From Macrostomum lignano (lineage: Eukaryota): a stretch of DNA of 50,165 nucleotides. The DNA is taken from the NCBI GenBank assembly GCA_002269645.1, contig NIVC01004331.1:18179-68343 (forward strand), read 5' to 3'. Shown here in pieces: positions 1 through 12,563 of this stretch (position 1 is the stretch's first letter; every line of letters begins with the position of its first letter). The translations under genes were made by a program, and so were the position numbers. The notes below the pieces were generated by a model. That model searched no databases. It was not told the origin of the DNA and saw only the letters and a list, made by a program, of their open reading frames with translations.

Positions 1-665
1 TCCGAGAGGCCCCGGCCAGTAAAGCAATTAGGATAGCTGACTGCGCTCTGCTTCTACTGCCTTGCTTTTCTCTTTCTTCTGTGTTTCTTTTGAGGGGGGA
101 AGGAGGGGAGAATCTGTTTTTAGTTCGCTTATTATCGGAGCAAGCAGCTGGCGATCGGCTCGGTCGTTAATTTTGCCAGCAATTGGCTTATCTACTTCAG
201 TACAATTTTCAAGACTTTCGAATGGCTGTTTGGTTTCTTTCACAGATACTTTTCAACGAAGACTTGTAGGAAACAAGAGTAAATTTAGGCCTTAAAAAAT
301 ACGAGCTCTGCACAGCCGCTCCCCATTTCAGGAAGCAGGCTTATTGTGCCCAGAGAGCGAGAGTACGAGAAAGCAAAAAAAACGCCTAAGCGAGAGAGAG
401 GTAAGTAAACCCCCCCCCCTCGACTGGACTCATGGCTTTAAGCGGGGACGTCGAAATTTTGGTTGCTAAGCAAAGACTTCAGAGATTATATTGAGACTCC
501 TTAAGATCGGGGAACAGACGCGAGAGGGAGGGATAGAGAGAGAGAGAGACGGGGAGCGAGGGAGAGGTCACCAACCGAGAAGGGTTACTGGGGGCCAAGC
601 CTAAACGGTGCGCCTCCGTCTGGCTTCTGCCAGCAGTGCGAATCTGTGAACAAGGCCGGTTTCGG

Positions 666-668
<3 letters not shown>

Positions 669-708
<40 letters not shown>
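669..708. repeat. (AG)20 microsatellite
   Basis: Pure AG dinucleotide run; a G-rich stretch follows at 708-738. Confidence 0.95.
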
Positions 709-711
<3 letters not shown>

Positions 712-1356
712 GGGTGGTGGAGGGGATCAGGGGGGGTAAGGCGAAATTGGCGCTAGGAAGTCGAGAAGAGAAATTGAGGGATCTGACTAGACAGGCCCCG
801 CAGAGGGACACACCACAACACTGGCACTTTCGGCCCCTGTCCGCACTGCAGCACCCAGCTTAACCCGAAACGGCTGCTAGCAGAATAAGCCCAGGCCGGT
901 GCCGCGTGTATTTGGGGGGGGGGGCGGGAGCAATTTTTGTTAGTCAGAACCAAAAGAAGGCAGTTTCTGCGTGCCTGTCCTTGCGTCCAGTTGCGCTATA
1001 GCGTAGTTTAGGCGCAACAGTTTGCGCGGCACAGGCACAGGGGCCAACAGAGTCAAGAAGCTGCATGCTGATGTTTTTTTTCCATTTCGTCGGGAGAATT
1101 CACCTATTTTTTCTACAGATGGGATGAAAAGGGCTGCAGAGTGAGGGGGTGTAAAAATTGCTACAAAAATTGCACGAGCGGCCAGGCAGGCAAAACGTTT
1201 TTGCAGCCTTCGGAGCGCGCTGGAATGCCAATAAAGACATGGGAATGACGTAGCGGGCGACTTTTTGGATTTTGGCTACGATAAATTGAGTTGGAAAAGC
1301 ACTTTCTCACCTACGGCACGGCCCTCATGGCAACAAAACAAAGTACGCCCACCAAA

Positions 1357-1940
1357 CTGTCCTCACACAGGACACAGTCCTCACGCAGGACACGGTCCTC
1401 ACGCAGGACACGGTCCTCACAGGACATGGTCCTCACACAGGACACGGTCCTCACGCAGGACACGGTCCTCACAGGACATGGTCCTCACAGGACACGGTCC
1501 TCACACACAGCACTGTCCTCACCCACGGCACAGTCTCACCCACGGCACAGTCTCACCCACGGCACTGTCCTCACCCACGGCACAGTCTCACCCACGGCAC
1601 TGTCCTCACCCACGGCACTGTCCTCACCCACGGCACAGTCTCACCCACGGCACAGTCTCACCCACGGCACTGTCTCACCCACAGCACTGTCCTCACCCAC
1701 GGCACAGTCTCACTCACAGCACAGTCTCACCCACGGCACAGTCTCACCCACGGCACTGTCCTCACCCACGGCTCAGTCTCACCCACGGCACTGTCCTCAC
1801 CCACGGCACAGTCTCACTCACAGCACTGTCCTCACCCACGGCACAGTCTCACTCACAGCACTGTCCTCACCCACGGCTCAGTCTCACCCACAGCACTGTC
1901 CTCACCCACGGCACTGTCCTCACCCACGGCTCAGTCTCAC
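1357..1940. repeat. 17-18 bp minisatellite (cacggcactgtcctcacc / cacggcacagtctcacc; cacggtcctcacgcagga at the 5' end)
   Basis: Tandem units read directly; the ORFs 1265-1969 and 1291-1974 are translations of the repeat. Confidence 0.93.
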
Positions 1941-3147
1941 GATCACAATGCCGACCCATAGTTCAATAACATAACTGAGGCACTTCACTTCAGGACTTGA
2001 AATCCATCCAAGACCTTCTCCCCGAGGTCAAAAGTGCGTGAGAGAACTTGCTCAAGGGTAGCCTTTCCATCCACTGCCCTCATGGACCCGTAGGAAATTA
2101 TTTTTGGCCCTCACGGGCACACAAAACGGCTGTGCAATCCGATCCAGCCGACACTAGAACCCTAAACGAATTGTCCCTAAGTCTCCAAACCCTTGTCAAA
2201 ACCGGACCAACTTGGGCAGGAAAGTGAATAGAAAGAGAAGCAGGCAGAGCACGACCAAAAGAACACTGGCTGTGGCAACGAAGAGCCAGGAGGAAAAGAA
2301 GCTGAAGATCTCAGACGGTGTCCGGCTCCACACTTGGCTGAGCCAAGACAGAGAGAGATCGGAGAAGAGAGAGGCAGTCTCCCAGCGTCCCTACTCCCTT
2401 CTCCTCATCTCCTGCAGCATCATCCCTTTCAAAAACTTGTTCCCAGGCGCCTCAGCTCCTCCAGTCCCCAATCGGCTCGCGGCCTTCTCTCTTGCCAACT
2501 GCTTCTGGTTTGCCACGCTCGCTTTGAGACCTAATCGAAAGTAAGTAATTCGATTGGAAGCCAGGGTGGCGGTGCAGGCGTGTCCCAACATGGAAGGAGG
2601 CCCTGTGCCGCGCCACTTTTTGTGTCGTTTTCACCCATCACCCCGCCGCGCCGCCGCCGCCGCAGCCCTGCCCTCTCCGATCATCTCTCAGCGCAGCACC
2701 GAGAACTGCTACCGACTCCCCCCTCCCAAGCAAGCAAGAGAGCTCGGCATCGTTTGCGCACAGGGCTTACTACACTGAAGTTTTCCCATAATCCTAAGGC
2801 AAACTTTGATCAGCGGAGAGCCCCGACCGGCTCATTTCCCCGTCCCCTCGCGATGCCCTCGACTCGCTCGTCACACGAGGACCGAGGGAGCATTAGGGGA
2901 TCGGGGCGGAGAGGGAGGCGCAGCATTTTCCCAACACGCTAATCCGGAGTAATGGGAGAGAACGTAACGGCTTTCAAATCTCATCCTCTCTCAATAGTAC
3001 TTCTGCATTCTCCAGCTCCCTGAAGTTGATCAGCCATCTGCAGCGTTGTCCGACTCTCGGGTCAATGTTCCCGAGTTCGGTTCCTTGCCGCGGCCATATT
3101 CATTTGGGGCTTGTTGCATGCAACATTTTTAGTCAGAGTCAGGAGGC

Positions 3148-3443
3148 TGTGTGCACCCTGGCGCACTGTAAGCGACATTGTCACACAGCCGGCGAGAGGC
3201 ATTACTGCCCATTCCCCCGACTCCCCTGGGCAGGCACACACTCACACAGGAGTGTACAGCGGCCCTAACTTTACTTATAGTTAAGGCATGTACACTTCAC
3301 TGTGCCTTGGGGGTTGGCCCTCAATGGCGTTAATTGCCAAGCCGAGATTCCAATTTAGCTCCAAATTAATGTGACTGCACTTGGAATCGAGCCTGGGCCG
3401 CTGGCACACCAGAGCGCCTCGCTGGACCACTGGGCTACGGCCC
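3148..3443 (-). mobile_element. tRNA-derived SINE, family A, copy 1
   Basis: The minus strand starts gggccgtagcccagtggtcc (A box) ... ggctcgattcc (B box). The body is closely similar to 47333-47667. Confidence 0.8.
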
Positions 3444-5227
3444 GCCCCCGTGCATGGAACTTGGACTCCTAAATAATGATAGATTTGCTTGAAAAAAACT
3501 ACCCTCAATAAAGTTTCTTACGCAACATATCGTCGATATAATAATCGACATAGTGAAGTGACAAAAATGTCACAAGTTTTCTCTCACCCAGACTGTGTAT
3601 CCGCAATGCAGTTGCACTTTTAGCTGGTCCTCATCCCATTTGCCGGCTGATCATTTTGCTGTAGCAGAAAAAAGCAGCAATCCGTGGAACAATATTCTTA
3701 TCGGCCGTTGCCACGCACGGGTCAGCAGCATAAACAAAGGCATTGGATCCGAGTTGACTCTTCGAAACGGGAGATAGGAAGATTGAGTGAGAGATGAGAG
3801 AGAAAGAGAGGGGCGGAGCTCTCGCACCAAGCAAAGAAGACTTAATCCGAAACAAATTACCCGACAAAATCCCCGACTTTCGAGGCAGTCTCTTTCGCAA
3901 AATTTTCCTTCCGATCCCACCCTCCACAATTTTTTGTAGTTTGCCGTCAGCCCTGAGAATTTCTGTGTTCTTCGTATTTTTCTATGTACTAATGTAAAGC
4001 TTACAAGCCTTATTACCATAGACAAAATTTGCTGAAAACAAACTAAAGTATCAGAGGATGCCCTACGGCCCATAGACTATATTACCTAAGATTGGCCACT
4101 CCAGCCGCCTGGCGGCAGCGCAAAAACCCCGGGGTTTTGACCATAGACTGTAGCTTCTGCGGTAGCAGCTAGTGTCTGTGGCCTAACCCAGCCGCTAAAT
4201 ACATTAGTTAAAGACACATGTACCGTATTATGTTACACATGCCATTCAGATCTTTACCGTTAAGCATGAAAACTGAGAAAGAGAGTTAATGAGAGAGGTT
4301 GCTGCTGGCGCCCTTCTTTGTACCGAATCATCAACCTGATTGTCTTTTTCTGTCAATGTCTATGGGCAAGACCAAATCTGCTGCTGCCAAATGGCAATTC
4401 TCAATGGTGTACACCCAGTGCGCCTGAGCGAGAGTTGTAGTGAGTTGAGGTCAATTACCTTATCTAAGGGCAATCGGGTGACGGTTTTCAATGTTGTTGT
4501 GTATACTGTAAGTTAAAAAAATTGTGAAATCTGAAATTTAAAGCCAACTGACAAATTGATTTGAAGAAAGTCGGCTTGTCCTACACTTCACGCACACAAG
4601 GCCCAACCCCCAAGGCACAGAGAGTACACCTGTGATCTGCTATCTAACGGGACGCATAACCTTCTATGAATAATGTCAATAGAAACAGAGAGAAAACCGC
4701 ATGGCTAGATGGTCCTATATGAGTCGATGAGGCTGCCAGTTTCCTCTTCCTTGCCCATAGCAAATAATAATTAGCCCCCCCCGCTGTGAGCTGTGCAGGT
4801 CTCCAGCTGGGCCACCTTTCGATTGCCCAGGTGAAGAAGAAACACATCGCGCCACCGGCATGCCAGCGAGATGAAGCTTAGCAGCAGCCAGCAGCAATCG
4901 ATGCGGGCGCGCTGGACCGGCTCAGAGAGACCTCCGAGTATTGACGGACAGGTCCGGTCCTTCGACACCCCGGTACCACCAGGGATAGGGGAGAGCAGGT
5001 CGGGATTCGGGCCTGCAGGTTTTTTCACCTTCTCGAACTCTCTTCTGCGTTGCTTATGTTGTGAAGATTCAATAATGGATTGTTTTTCCCAACTGTAGGA
5101 CGAACTGAGTAGCAAAATTGATGTAGCAAAGCAACAGGTTAATTAGCTTGCTAGGCCAGATCTATATGTTATGGAAAATTGCCAACTACTGAGCTTGGGC
5201 TAGCTTGTTTGCTACTGTGAGTATTCG

Positions 5228-5744
5228 CCATGGCAACGGCATCGGAGACTAGGTTTCCATGGCAACGGCATCGGAAACCAGATTTCCATGGCAACAGCAT
5301 CGGAAAGCCTGGTTTCCATAGCAACGGCATCGGAGACCAGGTTTCCATGGCAACGGCATCGGAAACCTGATTTCGATGGCAACGGCATTGGAAACCAGAT
5401 TTCCATGACAACGGATCGGAAACCAGATTTCCATGGCAACAGCATCGGAAAGCCTGGTTTCCATAGCAACGGCATCGGAGACCAGGTTTCCATGGCAACG
5501 GCATCGGAAACCCGATTTCCATGGCAACGGCATCGGAAACCAGATTTCCATGGCAACAGCATCGGAAAGCCTGGTTTCCATAGTAACGGCATCGGAGACT
5601 AGGTTTCCATGGCAATGGCATCGGAAACCAGATTTTCATGGCAACAGCATCGGAAAGCCTGGTTTCCATAGCAACGGCGTTGGAAACCCGATTTCTATAA
5701 CAACGGCATCGGAAACCAGCTCGGATACCAGAAACCATGGCAAC
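5228..5744. repeat. 29-bp minisatellite with 87-bp trimeric higher-order repeat; units carry an RFX X-box-like palindrome
   Basis: About 18 units such as ggcaacggcatcggagaccaggtttccat. GTTTCCATGGCAAC and GTTTCCATAGCAAC span the unit junctions. Confidence 0.92.
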
Positions 5745-6440
5745 AACCCATATGGACTCTAATCTTTACGAGAGAAAGAATCCTCACGCCAGTCTCCATG
5801 GCACAATTTACTTACCCAGAATGCTAACCAGAGAGCCAAAAACTCTCGGTCGAACAAGCCTGTGAGATTTGCGGACCAGATCGCAACTGACAAAAATTGA
5901 TATCTACACAAGTCAGCCAGCCGGCCCCCAGATTGAAAGAATCCCGAAAATATCCCACTGCTGCCACGCACCTCTAATCCAGCCCAACGGTAGCCAGTCG
6001 TGACACTGGGCGCACACTGACCAGAGCTGAGGATTAGTCACATCTTGAACAGTCACCGCAGCATGCATTCCCGTCACAGCTGCTGCGCGACAGCTAAAAT
6101 ATGAAAATGCATCATCTATACCAGACGCAAGGGTGCTACTATAGAAGTCCTAATGCACCATTGTCCCTTCAGCAGCAGAAACTGCATTGATCGCGAAGAA
6201 GTAATTTATAAAAAGCTTGACTGAGAGCTATCGAAAAAAGTGCAGGCATGTTTTTGAGTGGGCGGGGAGGTTTTGTGCTCGTAAAATTCAATTCAAAAGC
6301 TCAGACTGCTCCGATAAGCTTGGCAGTAATAATTGCTTTTTTATCTGTCAGTTTATCCTGCATGATGCGTGTCTTCGTCTGGCTGGTGAACTTTGAAGAG
6401 TGCAAATTCCACACTGGTTTTAAAGGGCTGGGATCACTCA

Positions 6441-6766
6441 GATCTGGGAGGCTGAGGACCTTGACCCCAAAATTAGTGATGATGAGGATCTAGGAGGCTG
6501 GGAATCTCAACCCGAAATTAGTGATAATGAGGATCTAGGAGGCTGGGAATCTCAACCCCAAAATTAGTGATGATGAAGATCTAGGAGGCTGGGAATCTCA
6601 ACCCCGAAATTAGTGATGGTGAAGATCTAGGAGGCTGGGAATCTCAACCCCGAAATTAGTGATGATGAGGATCTAGGAGGCTGGGAATCTCAACCCCGAA
6701 ATTAGTGATGGTGAGGATTTGGGAGGCTGGGAAGATCAGCCCCAATCTTAGTAATGATGAAGATCT
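6441..6766. repeat. 46-bp minisatellite sharing the gaggatctrggaggctgg core with the 28-bp family
   Basis: About 7 units gaggatctaggaggctgggaatctcaaccccgaaattagtgatgat. Confidence 0.9.
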
Positions 6767-7570
6767 CAGCTCTCTCAGCTCTCATTGCTTGCTTAAGGAA
6801 CCAAACGGACCAAAATATGACGGGCAATATTTTTTTAAACGAATCTCTTCTAAAAGATAATGATAATTAAACAATAATTAGTGCAGCAGGTCTAGTACTT
6901 TCCAAGAAACATCCTGGAACCCAGGAGTCCCCATCTCAGGTGCCTTCCAATTCATTCAATAATTGGTGCGGCTACCAATCTATTATAACCGATTTCGGGT
7001 CCATTTTTAATGCACTTTTAGCAGCGGCAGCCAAGGCGGAATTAAAGGAAGCGCCTCCGGGCGGCGGAGGACCGGGATGGGGGATCAAGTCGAGCGGCTG
7101 GAAGAGGGGAGGGAATGGCCTTCCATCTGGCAGCAATAGCCCTATCGGGCGAAATTCTGCTGCTGCTGCGCGCCCAGTAAAGTATGAATTTCCTGCGGAT
7201 GATACACTTGTACAACACGGGCTGCCTGCCTGCCTGACCGCAATTCAGAGCTCAGACAATGCAGCGGCAATACGATAGGGGCAGACAGATCCCCAAACAG
7301 CTAAATGCAGTAGGCTTAGCTACAGGCTGGCGTCCACTTGCTGAAACTTATGTCCCAATCGGTTCCATATGCATTTCACTTCATTCTCTACCATCCACAT
7401 CGAGTGCGAAGTCCGAAAAATTGACAGGGGAGGGGGGTGGAATTTTGCCGCTACACAAAAACTTTTCCAGGCATTTGTAGCTGCCGTTTTTATCGGCATC
7501 AGTTAAACAGTCAGCAGCAAAATTTGCGCGCAAATTGCTTACTCAGATTATAATTGCTCGTGCCGGCTGG

Positions 7571-8863
7571 CCACTTCAGTTGACTACGGGGCGCCACTTC
7601 ATTTGACCAGGGGCGCCACTTCAGTTGACTACAGGGCGCCACTTCATTTGACTACGGGGCGCCACTTCATTTGACCAGGGGCGCCACTTCATTTGACCAG
7701 GGGCGCCACTTCATTTGACCAGGGGCGCCACTTCATTTGACCAGGGGCGCCACTTCATTTGACCAGGGGCGCCACTTCATTTGACCAGGGGCGCCACTTC
7801 ATTTGACCAGGGGCGCCACTTCATTTGACCAGGGGCGCCACTTCATTTGACCAGGGGCGCCACTTCATTTGACCAGGGCGCCACTTCATTTGACCAGGGG
7901 CGCCACTTCATTTGACCAGGGGCGCCACTTCATTTGACCAGGGGCGCCAATTCATTTGACCAGGGGCGCCACTTCATTTGACCAGGGCGCCACTTCATTT
8001 GACCAGGGGCGCCACTTCATTTGACCAGGGGCGCCACTTCATTTGACCAGGGGCGCCACTTCATTTGACCAGGGGCGCCACTTCATTTGACCAGGGGCGC
8101 CACTTCATTTGACCAGGGGCGCCACTTCATTTGACCAGGGGCGCCACTTCATTTGACCAGGGGCGCCACTTCATTTGACCAGGGCGCCACTTCATTTGAC
8201 CAGGGCGCCACTTCATTTGACCAGGGGCGCCACTTCATTTGACCAGGGGCGCCACTTCATTTGACCAGGGGCGCCACTTCATTTGACCAGGGGCGCCACT
8301 TCATTTGACCAGGGGCGCCACTTCATTTGACCAGGGGCGCCACTTCATTTGACCAGGGGCGCCACTTCATTTGACCAGGGGCGCCACTTCATTTGACCAG
8401 GGGCGCCACTTCATTTGACCAGGGGCGCCACTTCATTTGACCAGGGGCGCCATTTCATTTGACTATGGGTGTCATTTTACTTGACTTTGGGCGCCATTTT
8501 ACTTTGTATTTGACTTTGAGCGCTATTTTACTTGACTATGGGCGCCATTTCATTTGACTATGGGCGCCATTTTATTTGACCAGGGGCGCCATTTTACTTG
8601 ACTTTGGGCGCCATTTTATTTGACTTTGGGCGCCATTTTATTTGACTTGCAGGGGCGCCATTTCATTTGAATATGGGCGCCGTTTCATTTGACTATGGGC
8701 GCCGTTTCATTTGACTATGGGCGCCATTTAATTTGATTATGGGCGCCATTTTATTTGACTATGGGCGCCATTTCATTTGACTTGCAGGGGCGCCATTTCA
8801 TTCGACTAGGGGCGCCATTTCATTCAACCAGGGGCGCCAGTTCATCTGAGCTGCAGGGGCGCC
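7571..8863. repeat. 22-bp minisatellite ccacttcatttgaccaggggcg
   Basis: Near-perfect core at about 7660-8450, with a degenerate variant domain at 8460-8863. Confidence 0.97.
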
Positions 8864-9436
8864 TCAAACTTTTGCCAGTCGATCAGGTGACTGCGGCGAC
8901 TTTGCAAGCAAAAAAATCGGCACTTTCAACTTGGGTTGTGCAAGCTGAATGTTCTGAAAAATTGCGAACCAAAATCAACGCCAATAAAATCAATCAAGAG
9001 CCGACAGTCGCATGACAGCGTGGCCGGCGGCATCCCCCATTGTGCCAGAAATATCCATCATCATCATCATCGCCCGGCTTGACCACCACCAACTTGTCCT
9101 TAGCCAGGCACAATGCACTTATAATTTTTATAAGAAACCCAGGCGGAACTCGGCCAGCTCCGGCCGCCGCCGCGGTTGAATGGGAAAGAATAGAATCTGA
9201 CTGGGGATTGATGCCTGACCACCTTCCTGCTGACGGCAGCATGGCGGAGTCCTTGGAATTGTGTTTGGCAAGCCACGCCCACCGGCCGGGCGATCACCGG
9301 ACACGGAGGGGCTGGCAATGTCAGACCGCTGCGCATTCTTATTCAGTCTATTCTGATTGTCTGCTGACCTAGCAGCCTGCGCCCATAGACTTGCGGTCCC
9401 GGGTTCGAATCTTTTCTATCATTTTCACTTCTCAAT

Positions 9437-10758
9437 CCAGTTCAGTACCATTGTCACTCCAATTGAGTGCTATTGTCACTCCAATTCAGTGCCATTGTCA
9501 CTCCAATTCAGTGCTATTGTCACTCCAATTCAGTGCCATTGTCACCCCAATTCAGTGCCATTGTCACTCTAATTTAGTGCTATTGTCACTCCAATTCAGT
9601 ACCATTGTCACTCCAATTCAGTGCTATTGTCACTCCAATTCAGTGCTATTGTCACTCCAATTCAGTGCCATTGTCACTCTAATTTAGTGCTATTGTCACT
9701 CCAATTCAGTGCTATTGTCACTCCAATTCAGTGCCATTGTCACTCCAATTCAGTGCTATTGTCACTCCAATTCAGTGCCATTGTCACTCCAATTCAGTGC
9801 CATTGTCACTCTAATTCAGTGCCATTGTCACTCCAATTCAGTACCATTGTCACTCCAATTCAGTGCTATTGTCACTCCAATTCAGTGCCATTGTCACTCC
9901 AATTTAGTACCATTGTCACTCCAATTCAGTGCTATTGTCACTCCAATTCAGTGCCATTGTCACTCCAATTCAGTACCATTGTCACTCTAATTCAGTGCTA
10001 TTGTCACTCCAATTCAGTGCTATTGTCACTCCAATTCAGTGCCATTGTCACTCCAATTCAGTACCATTGTCACTCCAATTCAGTGCTATTGTCACTCCAA
10101 TTCAGTGCTATTGTCACTCCAATTCAGTGCTATTGTCACTCCAATTCAGTGCCATTGTCACTCCAGTTCAGTACCATTGTCACTCCAATTCAGTGCTATT
10201 GTCACTCCAATTCAGTGCCATTGTCACTCCAATTCAGTACCATTGTCACTCCAATTTAGTGCCATTGTCACTCCAATTCAGTGCCATTGTCACTCCAGTT
10301 CAGTACCATTGTCACTCCAATTCAGTGCTATTGTCACTCCAATTCAGTGCCATTGTCACTCCAGTTCAGTACCATTGTCACTCCAATTCAGTACCATTGT
10401 CACTCCAATTCAGTGCCATTGTCACTCCAATTCAGTGCCTTTGTCACTCTAATTCAGTACTATTGTCACTCCAATTCAGTGCTATTGTCACTCCAATTCA
10501 GTACTATTGTCACTCCAATTCAGTGCTATTGTCACTCCAATTCAGTGCTATTGTCACTCCAATTCAGTACTATTGTCACTCCAATTCAGTGCTATTGTCA
10601 CTCCAATTCAGTGCTATTGTCACTCCAGTTCAGTACTATTGTCACTCCAATTCAGTGCTATTGTCACTCCAGTTCAGTACTATTGTCACTCCAATTCAGT
10701 GCCACTGTCACTCCAATTCAGAGAGACTGTCACTCCAATTCAGTGCCTCTGTCACTCC
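9437..10758. repeat. 22-bp minisatellite cactccaattcagtgc(c/t)attgt
   Basis: About 60 tandem units; the many overlapping ORFs here are repeat artefacts. Confidence 0.97.
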
Positions 10759-11779
10759 CTATTGTCCCCATTAGGTGGCAAGCTGCCAGCACAAAGACAG
10801 AAAAACGAATGACATCAATTATAGATAAATATTCAAGGACAAGTATGCAGATAAAGTGACATTTTCCGTACAATTCCGCATAATTAGCCTTTAAGATTCT
10901 GCTATATATTCATATATATGATAACAATAGTAATAATTCGCTTAGACAATCAGCACAGATATAAAAAATGACAAAAAGGCAGAGAAGGCAATGAATGATA
11001 TGAAGAATGCAGATTGCATGCATCCGGAACTGGGACAGACAGGCAGACAGACATATCACAATTACAAAGAAACACACTTTATATACATTGGGGAATATTA
11101 AAAAATAATGCTATTAGGCTTCCCCAAGAGCGCAGAACAAGTTACACTTTGAAGAAATTTCAATAGCAAACACAAATTTCAAATTTTAAATTATTGCCAA
11201 ACAAAATACAAAAGACACAACTTTGCCGCAACATACTACTGACAGACAGACAGTAGTAATAGTTCAGCCGGCAATAATGAGAAATGTGTAACAGCAGCAA
11301 AACCGGCCGATTACGGGGATAATTTTCTATTGAATTCTTAGCGTAAATCAAATTTTCAATTATTGTTTTTTTATTAATTTTAATTTACGAGCTAAACAAA
11401 TTCCATTTGAAAATAAGCTTGAGTAGTTAGATGCGGTTGCGGCAATAGAAATTAGCACCAGGGTGCCTGCACAACTGATTTGACAAAAGTTACAGTAATA
11501 GACTTATCCAACTACTTAGGAAAACGGGTTCCAGTAGTGTGTTGCGTTTTTTCTGCAATCATAGGTTGACTTTACCAACAAATTGTTGCCATTGCTGAAA
11601 AATAATGAAATCAATAGGGAATAAAAGTACATATAGAAATCTGTTGGATTTCTTAAAAATAACAATTTCAGTACCGAACCTTTGCAACAATGACAAATAC
11701 CTCTGGAATATGCAGCTTCTACATCTGGCATGTCTGCACAAGCCTTTTTCATTGGACTTTATACAATCAGGGAGGGTGA

Positions 11780-12563
11780 CCCAGTAACTGAGGATCTGGG
11801 AGGCTGGCCCAGCAACTGAGGATCTGGGAGGCTGGTCCAGCAACTGAGGATCTGGGAGGCTGGTCCAGCAACTGAGGATCTGGGAGGCTGGCCCAGCAAC
11901 TGAGGATCTGGGAGGCTGGCCCAGCAACTGAGGATCTGGGAGGCTGGTCCAGCAGCTGAGGATCTGGGAGGCTGGCCCAGCAACTGAGGATCTGGGAGGC
12001 TGGCTCAGCAACTGAGGATCTGGGAGGCTGGCCCAACAACTGAGGATCTGGGAGGCTGGCCCAGCAACTGAGGATCTGGGAGGCTGGCCCAGCAACTGGG
12101 GATCTGGGAGGCTGGCCCAGCAACTGAGGATCTGGGAGGCTGGCCCAGCAACTGAGGATCTGGGAGGCTGGTCCAGCAACTGAGGAACTGGGAAGCTAGC
12201 CCAGCAACTGAGGATCTGGGAAGCTAGCCCAGAAACTGAGGAACTGGGAAGCTAGCCCAGCAACTGAGGAACTGGGAGGCTGGCCCAGCAACTGAGGAAC
12301 TAGGAGGCTGGCCCAGCAACTGAGGAACTGGGAGGCTGGCCCAGCAACTGAGGAACTGGGAGGCTGGCCCAGCAACTGAGGAACTGGGAGGCTGGCCCAG
12401 CAACTGAGGAACTGGGAGGCTGGCCCAGCAACTGAGGAACTGGGAGGCTGGCCCAGCAACTGAGGAACTGGGAGGCTGGCCCAGAATCTGAGGTTCTGGG
12501 AGGCTGGCCCAGAAACTGAGGAACTGGGAGGCTGGCCCAGAATCTGAGGAACTGGGAGGCTGG
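11780..12563. repeat. 28-bp minisatellite cagcaactgagga(t/a)ctgggaggctggcc, locus 1
   Basis: About 28 units. The gatct variant occupies 11780-12180 and the gaact variant mostly 12180-12563. Same family as 39940-41731. Confidence 0.97.

Noticed and set aside
708-738. G-quadruplex-capable run next to the (AG)n repeat
   Set aside because: It fits the pattern but has no gene context; such runs are common in GC-rich repeat DNA.
3370-3443. tRNA genes at 3370-3443, 16085-16156 and 47590-47667
   Set aside because: A and B boxes are present but the acceptor stem and cloverleaf are not complete, and the sequence continues into shared SINE bodies.
7571-8863. CRISPR-like appearance of regularly repeated units (also 26614-29704 and 39940-41731)
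   Set aside because: The units are head-to-tail with no unique spacers, there are no cas genes, and the context is eukaryotic.
9391-10859. Long repeat-derived ORFs in the track (also 1265-1974, 5169-5762, 11559-12629, 30323-32083, 33429-33938, 39860-41761)
   Set aside because: They are translations of stop-poor tandem repeats in several frames, with no splice or homology support as proteins.
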